From contig CAWAUV010000007.1 of NCBI GenBank assembly GCA_963785305.1, forward strand, positions 1,344,001-1,408,000: a stretch of DNA of 64,000 bases. Reading direction: 5' to 3'. The notes beneath the pieces are model-generated. The model had not been told where the DNA came from and searched no databases. It was given only the letters and a program-made list of their open reading frames with translations. How positions within the stretch are numbered: the first letter of the stretch is position 1; each line of letters begins with the position of its first letter. This DNA comes from an uncultured Planctomycetaceae bacterium. GTDB taxonomy: Bacteria; Planctomycetota; Planctomycetia; Pirellulales; PALSA-1355. A program made the translations under genes and the position numbers. Shown one piece after another: positions 35,416-45,184 of this stretch.

Positions 35416-36156
35416 CTAGAAAGTCAGTTCCATGCGGTCGAAACCTAGTTCGACGCGCGGAAAAATGCTTCGCGCCGCCGACAGATTCAAAAACGCCTCG
35501 CTATCGTCGAGCGGATTCAAATGCGTGAGCACCAGCCGGCCCACGCCAGCCGCTCGGGCCACTTCGGCCACGGCGCTAGTGCAACTATGGCCGGTTCGCC
35601 GAGCCAGTTCGGCGAGCGAATCGGGAAAATTGCACTCATGCACCAAGAGATCGACCCCGCGGATCGCCTCGACATAGCCGGCCTCGAGCGCCGCGGTGGT
35701 GTCCGTCACATAGGCCATCGAGCGATCGGGCCAATCGAGGCGAAAACCAAGCGACCGGCCCGGATGTTCGAGCGAAAACGCCGTCAGCCGCCCTCCGTCG
35801 GCCAGCGCCACGGATCCCGTGAGCGGCAGATAGCGACAAGGCAGCGCGACCGGAAAGATCGCTTCGGCGAGCAAGTGTTCGGCGATGGCGCGCAGTGTTT
35901 CCGGCGCCCCATGCACCGCCACATCGTCCAGCGGCTTTTGCCAGAGCACATCGAGCAGATACGTGAGCCCGACGACATGGTCGAGATGGGCGTGGCTGAG
36001 AAAGATGTCGATTTTCGGCGTGGCGAGATACTCCGGCAGCCGAAACATGGCGCTACCGGCATCGAGCACGACGCCAACCTCGGGCAGCAGCAGGCAAGCC
36101 GTGTGCCGCCGATCGTTGGGATGGTAGCCGGCGGTGCCGAGCAAGACCAACTTCAT
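35416..36156 (-). CDS. rnz: Ribonuclease Z-like MBL-fold hydrolase
   Basis: LGTAG, DAG, SHAHLDH, TDT, HEC, GHS, LTH. Confidence 0.75.
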   Translation of the reverse strand: MKLVLLGTAGYHPNDRRHTACLLLPEVGVVLDAGSAMFRLPEYLATPKIDIFLSHAHLDHVVGLTYLLDVLWQKPLDDVAVHGAPETLRAIAEHLLAEAIFPVALPCRYLPLTGSVALADGGRLTAFSLEHPGRSLGFRLDWPDRSMAYVTDTTAALEAGYVEAIRGVDLLVHECNFPDSLAELARRTGHSCTSAVAEVARAAGVGRLVLTHLNPLDDSEAFLNLSAARSIFPRVELGFDRMELTF

Positions 36157-36360
36157 ACAAGCTCGCGTCAAAATGTCGCCCCGGGTTCGCGAGCATGCGA
36201 AACACACGCCCGCGTGAGACCCGAAGCCGCGTGAAGACTCCGAAGCCGCCCGAGAATCTACCCCGAGCGGTTTGCCGAAGTCAACCGACGACCAGCACCG
36301 CGGGAACTTGGGCCCTTGTGCGCGGAAAGTGAGAAGTTCCTCGCAAAAAGCGGGCCACAA

Positions 36361-36840
36361 AGGCAGTTCCCTTCCCTCCACGGACAGCGGTGCGCCGTCG
36401 TTGTTGTTCGCTGCTTCTTTGGTACTATGGAACTGCCTGACCTCCCGGGAACGTGCATGTCGGACTTGTGGCCTCGCGCCTTCTCCGACCGATCCGCTTC
36501 CGGTGAAACGGATGTTCCCGGGGCCTCCCGGCTTCCGTGAGGAACGCTTCCAACCGTGCCTGTGGTCTCTTACTCCGTGGGAGAGACGCCGTACTCGCCT
36601 TGTTCGTTCGTCTTCTCTATTGCCTTCCCGCATGTATCGAGCAACGGGGTTAGGACAAGGTCGGCCACCGCAAAAGAATGTTTTCGGATCTCAATACACC
36701 GCCCGGCTGGCGCCTCTGTGAACGCTCCGCCCCGCCGGCTACCCGACACGACGCATCACTCGAGGCCGAGGTGGCCGGCTAGGCCTTGCCTCGCGCGGCT
36801 CTTTAATTCGCTACTCTCCTCCGGCTTCGGGCCGGCGCAC
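36361..36840 (-). ncRNA. Group II intron 5' fragment (domains I-III; no RT ORF or DV/DVI seen)
   Basis: Minus strand starts GTGCG at 36840; CCAC..GGCCTCGAGTGATGCG, GTATTGAGATCCGAAA, GTCAGGCAGTTCCATAGTACC..GAAGC..CGAACAA and GTGGAGGGAAGGGAACTGCC resemble bacterial group II intron DI-DIII. Confidence 0.7.
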
Positions 36841-36936
36841 ACTACCACCCTGTGCATGATCACGCCACCGGCCATTCCAATTCACGTTAAACCAGGACAT
36901 ACTCACCCAAAGCATCGATCGTAATATGAGGATAAC

Positions 36937-38256
36937 ATGGCGGATTTAAACGGGTTTGTGCGGGAGTTTAAATCGCGGTTGGCGGGTGTATCGCGCGATG
37001 ACTATCTGGAGAAGTGGGGTTTGAGATGGGTGCTCGGCGCTGTCGTTAGCAAGTTTCCATTAGATGAGATCTCGCTGTATCTTGAGGATGTCTTCGGTCA
37101 CACAGAGACGGAAGCTTTCTACGCGGGCTTTCAGCCTCAATTAAGTCAGGCGCGAGGTCATATTCTTGGCGTACTTGCAAGGCGCATCGACTCCTTCTGC
37201 ATCGAAACAATTGCCGGCGGCATCTCGATTGACGAATCCGCGTTGCTTGCGGAATTAACCGAGTTACAGGATGCCATCCGGAGTGGTAAGGTCGAATATA
37301 CGATAACGTTGCATTTGACGAACATCGACGTTTCCGAGGGTTTTAGGCTGACCGATGGCACGACGTTCCGCAAACTGTCGCCCGAAGAGGTATTCCAACG
37401 ATATTCGATAAGCTCCCCATTGTTCACACCGCCGCCTAACACAATACAGATTTGGGGCAGTCATTGCGTTGAGGCCGTATTGTTCGGAACAGCCACGCCG
37501 GCAGAGCTTCAGAAAATGGCGACACTAACGGAACAATGTCTAACGGGTAATTCAATACTACATGCGTTTTATATTAGCGGAATCGACTTCGGCCTTTATC
37601 CCAAAATCAGTCATCTTAACGTTGCGTCTTGTATAGAGAGCAGCTCATACTTATATGGATACGGCGAATTGTTGCATCAGCCGCGCATGCTGTCCGCAGA
37701 TGATGTTGAATTGTACATTGATGCTCATGCGACGTTGAAGACTGCCGAAACCGATCGCGTGCTTGACATCGCTATTGACCGTTTTGTCCTTGGCAAGAAG
37801 CGCAGCCTGCATCACCCAAATCGAATATACAAGCCGAACTGGGACAAGCTCGTTGACTACGTCATCGTCATGGAAACTCTCTTTCTAACAATGAACGGAT
37901 CTCCCACTTCGGCAGAGCTGTCGTATCGTCTGCAAGTCAATGGTTCGCTCATTTTGCGCACATGTCTGCCCCTTGACGTACGTACGATCTTCGACGCGCT
38001 CAAGCATCTTTATTCATTGCGCTCGAAGGTTGTTCATGGAAGTGCAGAAGCAGACATTTTAAAAGCCGCGAATAAATTTCTTCGATTGGTCGAACATGAC
38101 GTTGGCGATAGAAATTCGCTGGCGACTTTGACGATGATTACGAAGCGTGTCGAAGGATGGCTTACGATTCTAATCAAGCAACTCGGAAAGATGCCGGTCA
38201 ATGACCGTCCGTATCGAAAGTTAAACGGCTGGGAGGATGAGGTGCTGACGATTTGA
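36937..38256 (+). CDS. ApeA-like HEPN-domain protein (candidate anti-phage RNase); last residues come from the IS end
   Basis: Lower-GC ORF with GAGGA RBS; METLF...ELSYRL and LYSLRSKVVHG (RxxxxH) motifs. Confidence 0.7.
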   Translation: MADLNGFVREFKSRLAGVSRDDYLEKWGLRWVLGAVVSKFPLDEISLYLEDVFGHTETEAFYAGFQPQLSQARGHILGVLARRIDSFCIETIAGGISIDESALLAELTELQDAIRSGKVEYTITLHLTNIDVSEGFRLTDGTTFRKLSPEEVFQRYSISSPLFTPPPNTIQIWGSHCVEAVLFGTATPAELQKMATLTEQCLTGNSILHAFYISGIDFGLYPKISHLNVASCIESSSYLYGYGELLHQPRMLSADDVELYIDAHATLKTAETDRVLDIAIDRFVLGKKRSLHHPNRIYKPNWDKLVDYVIVMETLFLTMNGSPTSAELSYRLQVNGSLILRTCLPLDVRTIFDALKHLYSLRSKVVHGSAEADILKAANKFLRLVEHDVGDRNSLATLTMITKRVEGWLTILIKQLGKMPVNDRPYRKLNGWEDEVLTI

Positions 38257-38304
38257 CGGACAGGCGGACAACTTAGCATGGGCGTCCAGCAAAGGAGAGC
38301 CTGG

Positions 38305-39512
38305 ATGAGCAAGAAGCGAGTTCGGTCCGTAAAGTCTGCCCCGGCGGCGCCGGCGTCTCGGTCGCGGCGGGCGTTCGACGAGGGCTTCAAGAGTGAAGCG
38401 GTGGCAATGCTGCTGGATGGACATTCGGCGGCCTCGGTCGCCGAGCGGCTCGGGCTGTCGAGCGTGAATTTGCTGTACCGCTGGAAGCGCGAGCAGCTCG
38501 ACAAGGCCGGGCCGGCGGCGAGCTCGCTCGAGGCACGCGTGCGGCAGCTCGAACACGAGTTGCAGCGCGTCGAGCGCGAGCGTGACATCCTAAAAAAAGC
38601 GTTGGCTATTTTCGGCCGCAACGGGTGAGTGACATGTATGCCGCCGTCGAACCGATCGTCGCCGAAAGTCAGTCGTCTACATCCGTGGTATGCGATGTGC
38701 TTGATGTCTCGCGCAGCGCGTACTACGCCTGGCGCGGCACCGTGACCTCGACGCGCGAACAGCGCGACACGGAGCTTTCGCCGCGGGTGCGCGAAATCTT
38801 CTGGAAGCATCGACGACGCTACGGCGCCCGACGAATCGCCTGGGAGTTGACCGAGGCGGGCCACGCGTGCAGCCCCCGAAAAGCCGCGGAAATCATGCGG
38901 AATCTGGGCCTCAAGGCCATTCAGCCGAAGTCGTTCAAGCCGCGCACGACCGACAGCCGCCATCGCCTGGGCTACAGTCCGAACCTGCTGCTGGAGGAAC
39001 CCGAGACCACGCGGACCGATCAGCTTTGGGTCGGCGACATCACGTACATTCCGATGGCCGATCGATCGTTCTGTTATCTGGCGATGCTGATGGATCGCCA
39101 CTCGCGATTGCTCATCGGCTGGGAACTGGACGCATCGATGACCGACGCGCTGACCGCTCGCGCGCTCACGCAAGCCGTGCGTCGACGCCACCCGTCGGCG
39201 AACCTGATCCATCACACCGACCGTGGTGGTCAATACGCGAGTCATCGTTACCGCGACATCCTCCGCCGCGCCGGTTTCCGCCAGAGCATGAGTCGCGCCG
39301 ACAACTGCTACGACAATGCATTCATCGAATCGTGCTTCGGAACCATCAAGACCGAACTGGAAATGACCGAATATCAAAACGAGCGCGTCGCCGCGGGCGA
39401 GATCGCCGAGTTCGTGCGCTACTACAACCACGAACGCCGCCACTCCTCCTTGGGCTACCGCACGCCCTTCGAATTCGAGCAACAACTGAACAACCAAACA
39501 CCGACGCCTTAG
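38305..39512 (+). CDS. IS3-family transposase OrfA (38305-38628) and OrfB (38625-39512)
   Basis: HTH OrfA ending ILKKA, A7G -1 frameshift site at 38592-38599, WVGDITYI, HHTDRGGQY, YDNAFIES. Confidence 0.92.
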
Positions 39513-39519
39513 AGAATCG

Positions 39520-40800
39520 TGAGGTGGATCCCGTTTTTCGGACCACGGGGATAGATGGAAAGCGGGCGGCGGATCGGGGAGAAAGGAGGCCTCGTGGAGG
39601 GAACCATTTAGGAGAGCAACGATGCCTCGGAAGCGACGATTGTTCGATGGGTCTTTCAAGGCCAAGGTTGCCTTGGATGCGATGCGTGGCCTGAAGACGG
39701 TGAGTGAGCTGGCGGCGTTGCACAAGGTGCATCCGACGCAGATCGCGCTCTGGAAGAAGCAGCTCCAGGAGGGAGCGGCGGGCGTGTTCGAGTCGCCCTC
39801 GGCGAAGAAGGCGCCGACGGACGAGCCGAGCGCAGCGGAGCTTTACGAGCAGATCGGTCGGCTGAAGATCGAACTGGATTGGCTCAAAAAAAAAGTGGCC
39901 GAGAACGGTGGCTGAGCGGCGAAGCTGGATCGAGCCCGACGCCGGCGGCTTGAGCGTGCGTCGGCAGTGCGAGCTGTTGGGACTTCATCGGTCGAACCTC
40001 TATTACGAGCCCGTACCCGAGAGCGCCGACGAGCTACGGTTGATGCGTCTGATCGATGAAGAATATTTGCGGCATCCGCATTCTGGGAAGCCGGGGCATG
40101 GTGCTGCATCTGGCGCGACAAGACGAGGTGGTGAATCGCAAGAAAATGCAGCGATTGCTGCGGAAAATGGGCCTGCAGTCGCTGGCCCCGCGGCCGAACA
40201 CGACCCGGCGGGCCGCTGGCCACAAGGTCTATCCGTATTTGTTGCGAGGCGTGGAGATCGTGCGTCCGAACCAGGTCTGGGCCTGCGACATCACCTATGT
40301 GCCGATGCGGCGTGGCTACTTGTACCTGACGGCCGTGATGGATTGGTTCAGCCGCTATGTGCTGGCCTGGCAGTTGTCGAACAGCATGGATGTCGAGTTC
40401 TGTCTGGAAGCGTTGGAAGGAGCGCCTCCGTCATGGACGGCCGGAGATATTCAACACCGACCAGGGCTCGCAGTTCACCAGCGGACAATTTACCGAGCGG
40501 CTGCAGCGGGAGTCGATCGCCATCAGCATGGACGGCAAAGGCCGAGCCATCGACAACGTGATGATCGAGCGGCTATGGCGAACGGTGAAATACGAGAACA
40601 TCTACCTCAAGGAGTACACGACGGGAACCGATTGTCATGAAGGACTGAGCGCGTACTTTAACTATTACTGCCACGAGCGACCTCACCAGGGCCTGGCCAA
40701 CCGCACGCCCTGGGAAACCTACCGCGGCAATCGTCGAACGCCTCGCTGACCACCATCTAAGAAACCCGCCCCCGTGGTCCGAAAAACGGGGTCCACCTCA
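39520..40800 (+). mobile_element. IS3-family element (inner, nested)
   Basis: 30-bp IRs TGAGGTGGA(T/C)CCCGTTTTTCGGACCACGGG with one mismatch; 3-bp DR TCG at 39517-39519 and 40801-40803. Confidence 0.92.
39622..40749 (+). CDS. IS3-family transposase OrfA (39622-39915) and OrfB (extra frameshifts near 40085 and 40420)
   Basis: FKAKVAL, A9 run at 39886-39894, WACDITY, FNTDQGSQFT, DNVMIERLWRTVKYE. Confidence 0.88.
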
Positions 40801-40830
40801 TCGCCTGTCCGTCAAATCGTCAGCACCTCA

Positions 40831-40992
40831 GCCGTCCTGGCTATTCGCCAAAGCGATTATGTCCTTCGTCAGACTGGCTGACGCTTCGCCACCGTCCCAT
40901 TCCATCTGAGCTTTTGCGTCGATGTTCGGGCTTTCTCCCGCAGCGTCGATGAATCGAATCAATTCATCGGACGAATGAGTGCTTATTGACAT
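40831..40992 (-). pseudogene. N-terminal fragment of a Schlafen/AlbA_2-domain protein, truncated by IS3
   Basis: Own translation: MSISTHSSDELIRFIDAAGESPNIDAKAQMEWDGGEASASLTKDIIALANSQDG, then TGA from the IS end; E..DxK...KDI.A.AN..G pattern. Confidence 0.65.
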
Positions 40993-41013
40993 TTGATAAC
41001 TCCGACAAGCCCT

Positions 41014-41265
41014 TCACTTCCCCTTCCCCACCTTCCCTCGCCCCGCCCCATTCCCGATCTCCCCATTCCCGATCTCCTTCACCAACCTATCAAGCGTCTT
41101 GTCGTCGCACTTGGCAAAGGCTCTGAAGACATCGGGGCGTTGAAGGACTCGCTGCTTGACCGGCTCAGGAATCCGCTTCGCCAGGATCAGCAGTTCCTCC
41201 TCGTCGGCTTCCAAAACATCGGCCACCTTGTGGATCAGGGCATCGGACGGGTAGTCGCCGATCAA
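41014..41265 (-). pseudogene. C-terminal half of an XRE regulator, paralogous to 42213-42560
   Basis: GDYPS...LEADEEELLILAKRIPEP...RPD aligns with GDFPG...LEADADELLILAEKIPEP...RPD; the HTH is missing. Confidence 0.75.
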
Positions 41266-42158
41266 GGAATCGCTTCCTCTTCCTCGGGGTAATGTGGGTC
41301 GAGGTCTTCAGCAGGCGGCACGGTTTCTTCGATCACGTCCGCACCATATTTCTCAGCAAGAAATCGCTCTCGGTAAAGGTAGTAGGCGGCTTGGCAGACG
41401 TTCGATGTGAAGTATGCGTTGAATCCACCGCCAACCACCGCCCCAGCAACCGGCAGAACTTGGGCCAGCTTCTCCTTGGTCAATCGGATTCCGAGGGCTT
41501 TCGATATTACCTGGACCACTTGCACCAAGGCGTGCTGCTCAAGGGCCTTCCATGCCTTCTTTTTTGCCGTGTCCTCGGCGATCCTCACCAACTGCGCCAT
41601 TGCAGCCGCCTTACATGCGGCCGTTGACGACGATTCAAGGCCCAGAATGTTTAGAGCGAACAGCCGCTCTTGTTGCGTGGAAATGTCGAAGCCGTAGTAC
41701 GTGGCGTATTCTCCGATTGCACGGAGGTTCAACGTGATGAGTGCCACGACATCGGGAGGAATTCCCGGCAAACCGATGGACCCTAGCCCGGCACCTTCGA
41801 CGAGGGCGATACCCTTGTACTTGGCATCTAGCCAACCAACGATTTTGTCGATCTTTTCCAGTTCAAGCCGATGAATGTCGCTGGAACAATGAACGTCTGC
41901 ATAGCCGGCTTTGCGAAACTCATTGTAGATCGCCTCGGTCGAAACGCTCCACTGGGCGACATCGTTGCAAATTCCGGTGATGCCTTGGATTGCGAACTTG
42001 ATTGCGTCTCCTACGCCGGGCGTGGCGAGCAAAGCGTCTCCGGCCTTGTCGAGAGGCCAATTCAACAACGTCATCGCCTTGCCGAACCATCCGATCTCCG
42101 GGTTCTTCCAGGCATGAATCTCCTTCAATGCGTGCTGCTCGTATGGCGGTTTGTCCAT
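41262..42158 (-). CDS. EcsC-family protein
   Basis: EIHAWK, EGAGLG, YGFD, KLAQVLPVAGAVVGGGFN, YRERFL. Confidence 0.8.
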   Translation of the reverse strand: MDKPPYEQHALKEIHAWKNPEIGWFGKAMTLLNWPLDKAGDALLATPGVGDAIKFAIQGITGICNDVAQWSVSTEAIYNEFRKAGYADVHCSSDIHRLELEKIDKIVGWLDAKYKGIALVEGAGLGSIGLPGIPPDVVALITLNLRAIGEYATYYGFDISTQQERLFALNILGLESSSTAACKAAAMAQLVRIAEDTAKKKAWKALEQHALVQVVQVISKALGIRLTKEKLAQVLPVAGAVVGGGFNAYFTSNVCQAAYYLYRERFLAEKYGADVIEETVPPAEDLDPHYPEEEEAIP

Positions 42159-42212
42159 TTGCGTGGTCTTTCGTTTTGATTCCCAAACACTAGCATTGCC
42201 GACGCAGCACAT

Positions 42213-42560
42213 TTACCGAGGCTTCTTCCGAATCTTCCTTCGTTCAATCCCAGCCAACACCCCATCCAGCGTCTTGTCATCCAGAGCCGCCAACTTCAAG
42301 AACGCATCCGGCCGCTCCAGGAATCGCCTCCTGATCGGCTCCGGGATTTTCTCGGCCAGGATCAGCAGTTCGTCGGCGTCGGCTTCGAGAACGACAGCCA
42401 TTCGGCCGATCAACCGCTCGCCAGGGAAATCGCCGAAAGACAGCTTGCCGTTCTCGATCTTCGAGATATAGGTGAAATCGACGCCGACTTGACCAGCAAG
42501 ACCACGCTGGGTCAGCCGTTGTTTTTGCCGAAGTTCTCGGAGCTTTTCGCCGAATCGCAT
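42213..42560 (-). CDS. XRE/Cro-C1 HTH transcriptional regulator
   Basis: FGEKLRELR..LTQRGLA..VGVDFTYISKIENG. Confidence 0.9.
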   Translation of the reverse strand: MRFGEKLRELRQKQRLTQRGLAGQVGVDFTYISKIENGKLSFGDFPGERLIGRMAVVLEADADELLILAEKIPEPIRRRFLERPDAFLKLAALDDKTLDGVLAGIERRKIRKKPR

Positions 42561-42694
42561 GATTTTTCCACCCGGCAGATTGCCACCTACGAGGGGTAGT
42601 TGTATCCTGTTTGGATTCGCCAGTCAACGAAAAGGCGGCGAAGGCAACTCAGCCCTGCCTTCTTTCAGTCCGTTCGATGGAATCGGTACGTATA

Positions 42695-42981
42695 ATGCTG
42701 GACCTAACATTGCGGGACGAGTTCCGGGGCAAACGCCTCAAAGGCACCACCGTTGATTTCACGAACCAGTCGAAGACTGGAGCACTCGACGTATCCGCCG
42801 CCGACTTTCTCAAGATCACGTACCCGTCGTTCGACCTCCTGAAGACCGTCGAGGCGACCGGCCCCGGTCAGTCTCGGCCCGTGGTCTTGTTGGGAGCCAG
42901 GGGACAGGGCAAGTCACACTTGCTGGCCGCACTCTACCATCTCAGCACGAGTGCCGAGGCCGGGCATAAGTGGATGGCCGA
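42695..42981 (+). pseudogene. N-terminal fragment of a DUF499-type ATPase, truncated by a RAYT-derived element
   Basis: MLDLTLRDEF...FLKITYPS.DL...GARGQGKSH (Walker A); the sequence then switches to the repeat at 42982. Confidence 0.7.
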
Positions 42982-43443
42982 GAATTCTAACGGGTCAGGA
43001 CTCATTGTTTGGCGTATGGCCGAGATCCGTATCCGAAAAATGGACTTGCGGACGGCCACGAGGTCGCGGGGTCGAGTTTAGCCGCGGGCGCCTTGCCGTC
43101 GCTTCGGTCCAAGTCGGCTCGCCGAAGGGAGACCCTCGCCGCGCCGCGCACCGCGGCGAGATCTCGTGCCGCCAGCGGCGCCAGTGGCTGGGCATCAACT
43201 GGCAAGCGAACAACTCGACGGCATGCCGCGCGAGCCCTTCACCGAGCACGCGCTCGAAGGCTTCGTAATCCGCGTCGTTGCGGAATATCTTGACCCGGGC
43301 ACTCGCTCGATTCAGGGCATCGTAGACGCCGCCGGCTTCGCCGGCTCGTGGTGGTCGTAGCATGGCCGCTAGCCTACCAACAACCGCCAGCAAAATCAAT
43401 GAGGCCTGACCCCTTTGCTTTTCTCTGACCCCTTTGCTTTTCT
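42982..43443 (-). mobile_element. Internally deleted REP-associated tyrosine transposase (RAYT) remnant with flanking inverted repeats
   Basis: From 43363: MLRPPRAGEAGGVYDALNR..IF..DYEAF...LMPSHW fused to C-terminal RGSPFG..W...RPRGRP; IRs GGGTCAGG(A/C)CTCATTG at 42992-43007 and 43397-43412; 19-bp tandem duplication at 43406-43443. Confidence 0.7.
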
Positions 43444-43724
43444 CGCACAAGCGGGTTTTTCGCGTGTCGGATGTTGTGCAAGAGGGGCAGACAGTCAAGG
43501 CCCAAGTGCAAAGCGTCGACGCCGAGCAGCAGCGAATCAGCCTGTCGATCAAGGCGCTCGAGGCCCGGCCGCTCTCGGAGAAGGAGCTCGAGGAGCGGGC
43601 CCAGCGCGAGGCCGAGGAGAACGCGCCCCCGCCGGAGCCGGCCAAGACTTCCAAACGCTCGAAGCCGCTCAAAGGCGGCATCGGCCATGCCTCGGGCGGC
43701 GAACGCTTCGGCCTCAAGTGGTAG
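43443..43724 (+). pseudogene. 3' fragment of an S1-domain (RpsA-like) protein
   Basis: SHKRV..VSDVVQEGQTVKAQV.SVD..QQRISLSIK is the second half of an S1 domain; no 5' part. Confidence 0.7.
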
Positions 43725-43856
43725 CGGAATCGATCGGCTAGACAGCCGGTTTGCAAATGCCCTCGTGGCCTCGTGGCGTTTGTAAGCCTCGCCAAACGAC
43801 TTAGAGCCAATTCGGCAGCTCCCCCTCTCCCTTTGGGAGAGGGTAGGGTGAGGGCT

Positions 43857-45107
43857 CAGGGCCAATCATTGTTCTAGTCTAGCGGAAGTCTCCCGCGTAG
43901 GATGAGTGTGTACGTGCGTCCACTCACCTTCATTCTGCTGGAGATGCTTGCATGGCGACTGCCGAAGCAACGAGTCTGCTCGATTTCTTGTCGCGGATTC
44001 CCGATCCTCGTGGGCGGCGGGGGCGACGCTTTTCGCTCTCGGCCATGATGGCCACCGTGGTTTGCGGAATCCTTTGCGGCCACCGAGGTTACAAGGCGAT
44101 CGCCGATTGGATCGCGTCGCAGGACCGAAAAATCTGGTGGTTGCTGGGCTATTGGCGCAAGCCTCCTTGCGCCAATGCCTTCCGTGATCTGATCCTGGCC
44201 CTCGACCCCGTGATTTTAGAGCAGTGCGTGCGAGAATGGGTCGAGTCGCAACTGGGCGAGGTTGTGGATGAGGCAAAGTTGTCCGCCGTCGCGATGGATG
44301 GCAAGTCCCTGTGCGGAGTGCTGAACGCGCACGGACGGACGGCCCATCTGCTGTCCTTGTACGACCAAGAAACCGGCTATGTCTTGAGTCAGATGGAAGT
44401 CGATGGCAAGACCAACGAGATCACCGCCGCGCCGGAACTCTTGGAAACGATCGTCTTGAAAGGCCGCGTCATCACGGGCGACGCCCTGCTGTGTCAGCGC
44501 GAGATCTGCCAGAAAATCATCGACGGCGGCGGGCATTATCTCCTGGTGGTCAAAGACAATCAGCCGACTCTAATGCAGGCCATCGCCGCCGAGTTCGAGC
44601 CGGCCTTTTCCCCCCTATAACGAGAAGCAACGCCAATCCCATCTCGATGTCGCCGAAACGTTGAACAAGGGACACGGCCGGCGAGAACATCGCTCTCTGC
44701 AAGCTTCGACCCGGTTGGCGAAGCACTTGGATTGGCCCGGCCTGGAGCAGGTCTGCCGACTCGACCGCACGACCTGGCGCAAGGGCATTCAGACCCACGA
44801 AGTGGCGTATGCCATTTCCAGCGCGCCACGACCCAAAGGCTCGGCCGCCGACCTGCTGGGCTGGTGGCGCGGGCACTGGGGCATCGAAAACAAGTCCCAC
44901 TGGGTTCGCGACGTGGTTCTGGGCGAGGACGCCTGCCGAATCCGCAAGGGCAGCGCGCCCCAGGCGTTCAGCACGCTCCGCAATGCGGGCCTTACCCTCC
45001 TACGATCGCTAGGATGCACCCAAATCGCCCAAACTCTGCGAGAAAACGCCGCCCGAGTCGACCGCCTCCTCACCAGACTCGGCATCTTGAAAGAATGAGC
45101 GACCCTG
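43857..45107 (+). mobile_element. ISAs1-family element inserted in a REP sequence
   Basis: Ends CAGGGCCAATCATT / AATGAGCGACCCTG; 10-bp DR GGTGAGGGCT at 43847-43856 and 45108-45117. Confidence 0.92.
43952..45098 (+). CDS. ISAs1 transposase in two ORFs (43952-44620 and ...45098) joined by a +1 shift at T4C6
   Basis: IPDPR, DGKSL, KTNEI, TGDALLCQ, VKDNQ; KGHGRRE, RGHWGIEN..HWVRDV..ED. Confidence 0.9.
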
Positions 45108-45184
45108 GGTGAGGGCTCGCCGAAGTACTCGGTTAGCTGAAAGGTCGTTATAATGACACGGCATCCCCGCGGCGGCGCGGCCTG

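Larger units (their letters stand above)
38238..40830 (+). mobile_element. IS3-family element (outer) carrying a second IS3 inserted at its right IR
   Basis: Perfect 29-bp IRs TGAGGTGCTGACGATTTGACGGACAGGCG (38238-38266, 40802-40830); no flanking direct repeat. Confidence 0.92.

Noticed and set aside
36157..36633. N-terminal extension of the RNase Z-like ORF (405 aa)
   Set aside because: The extension reads through the intron fragment and intergenic DNA; homology starts at MKLVLLG (36156)
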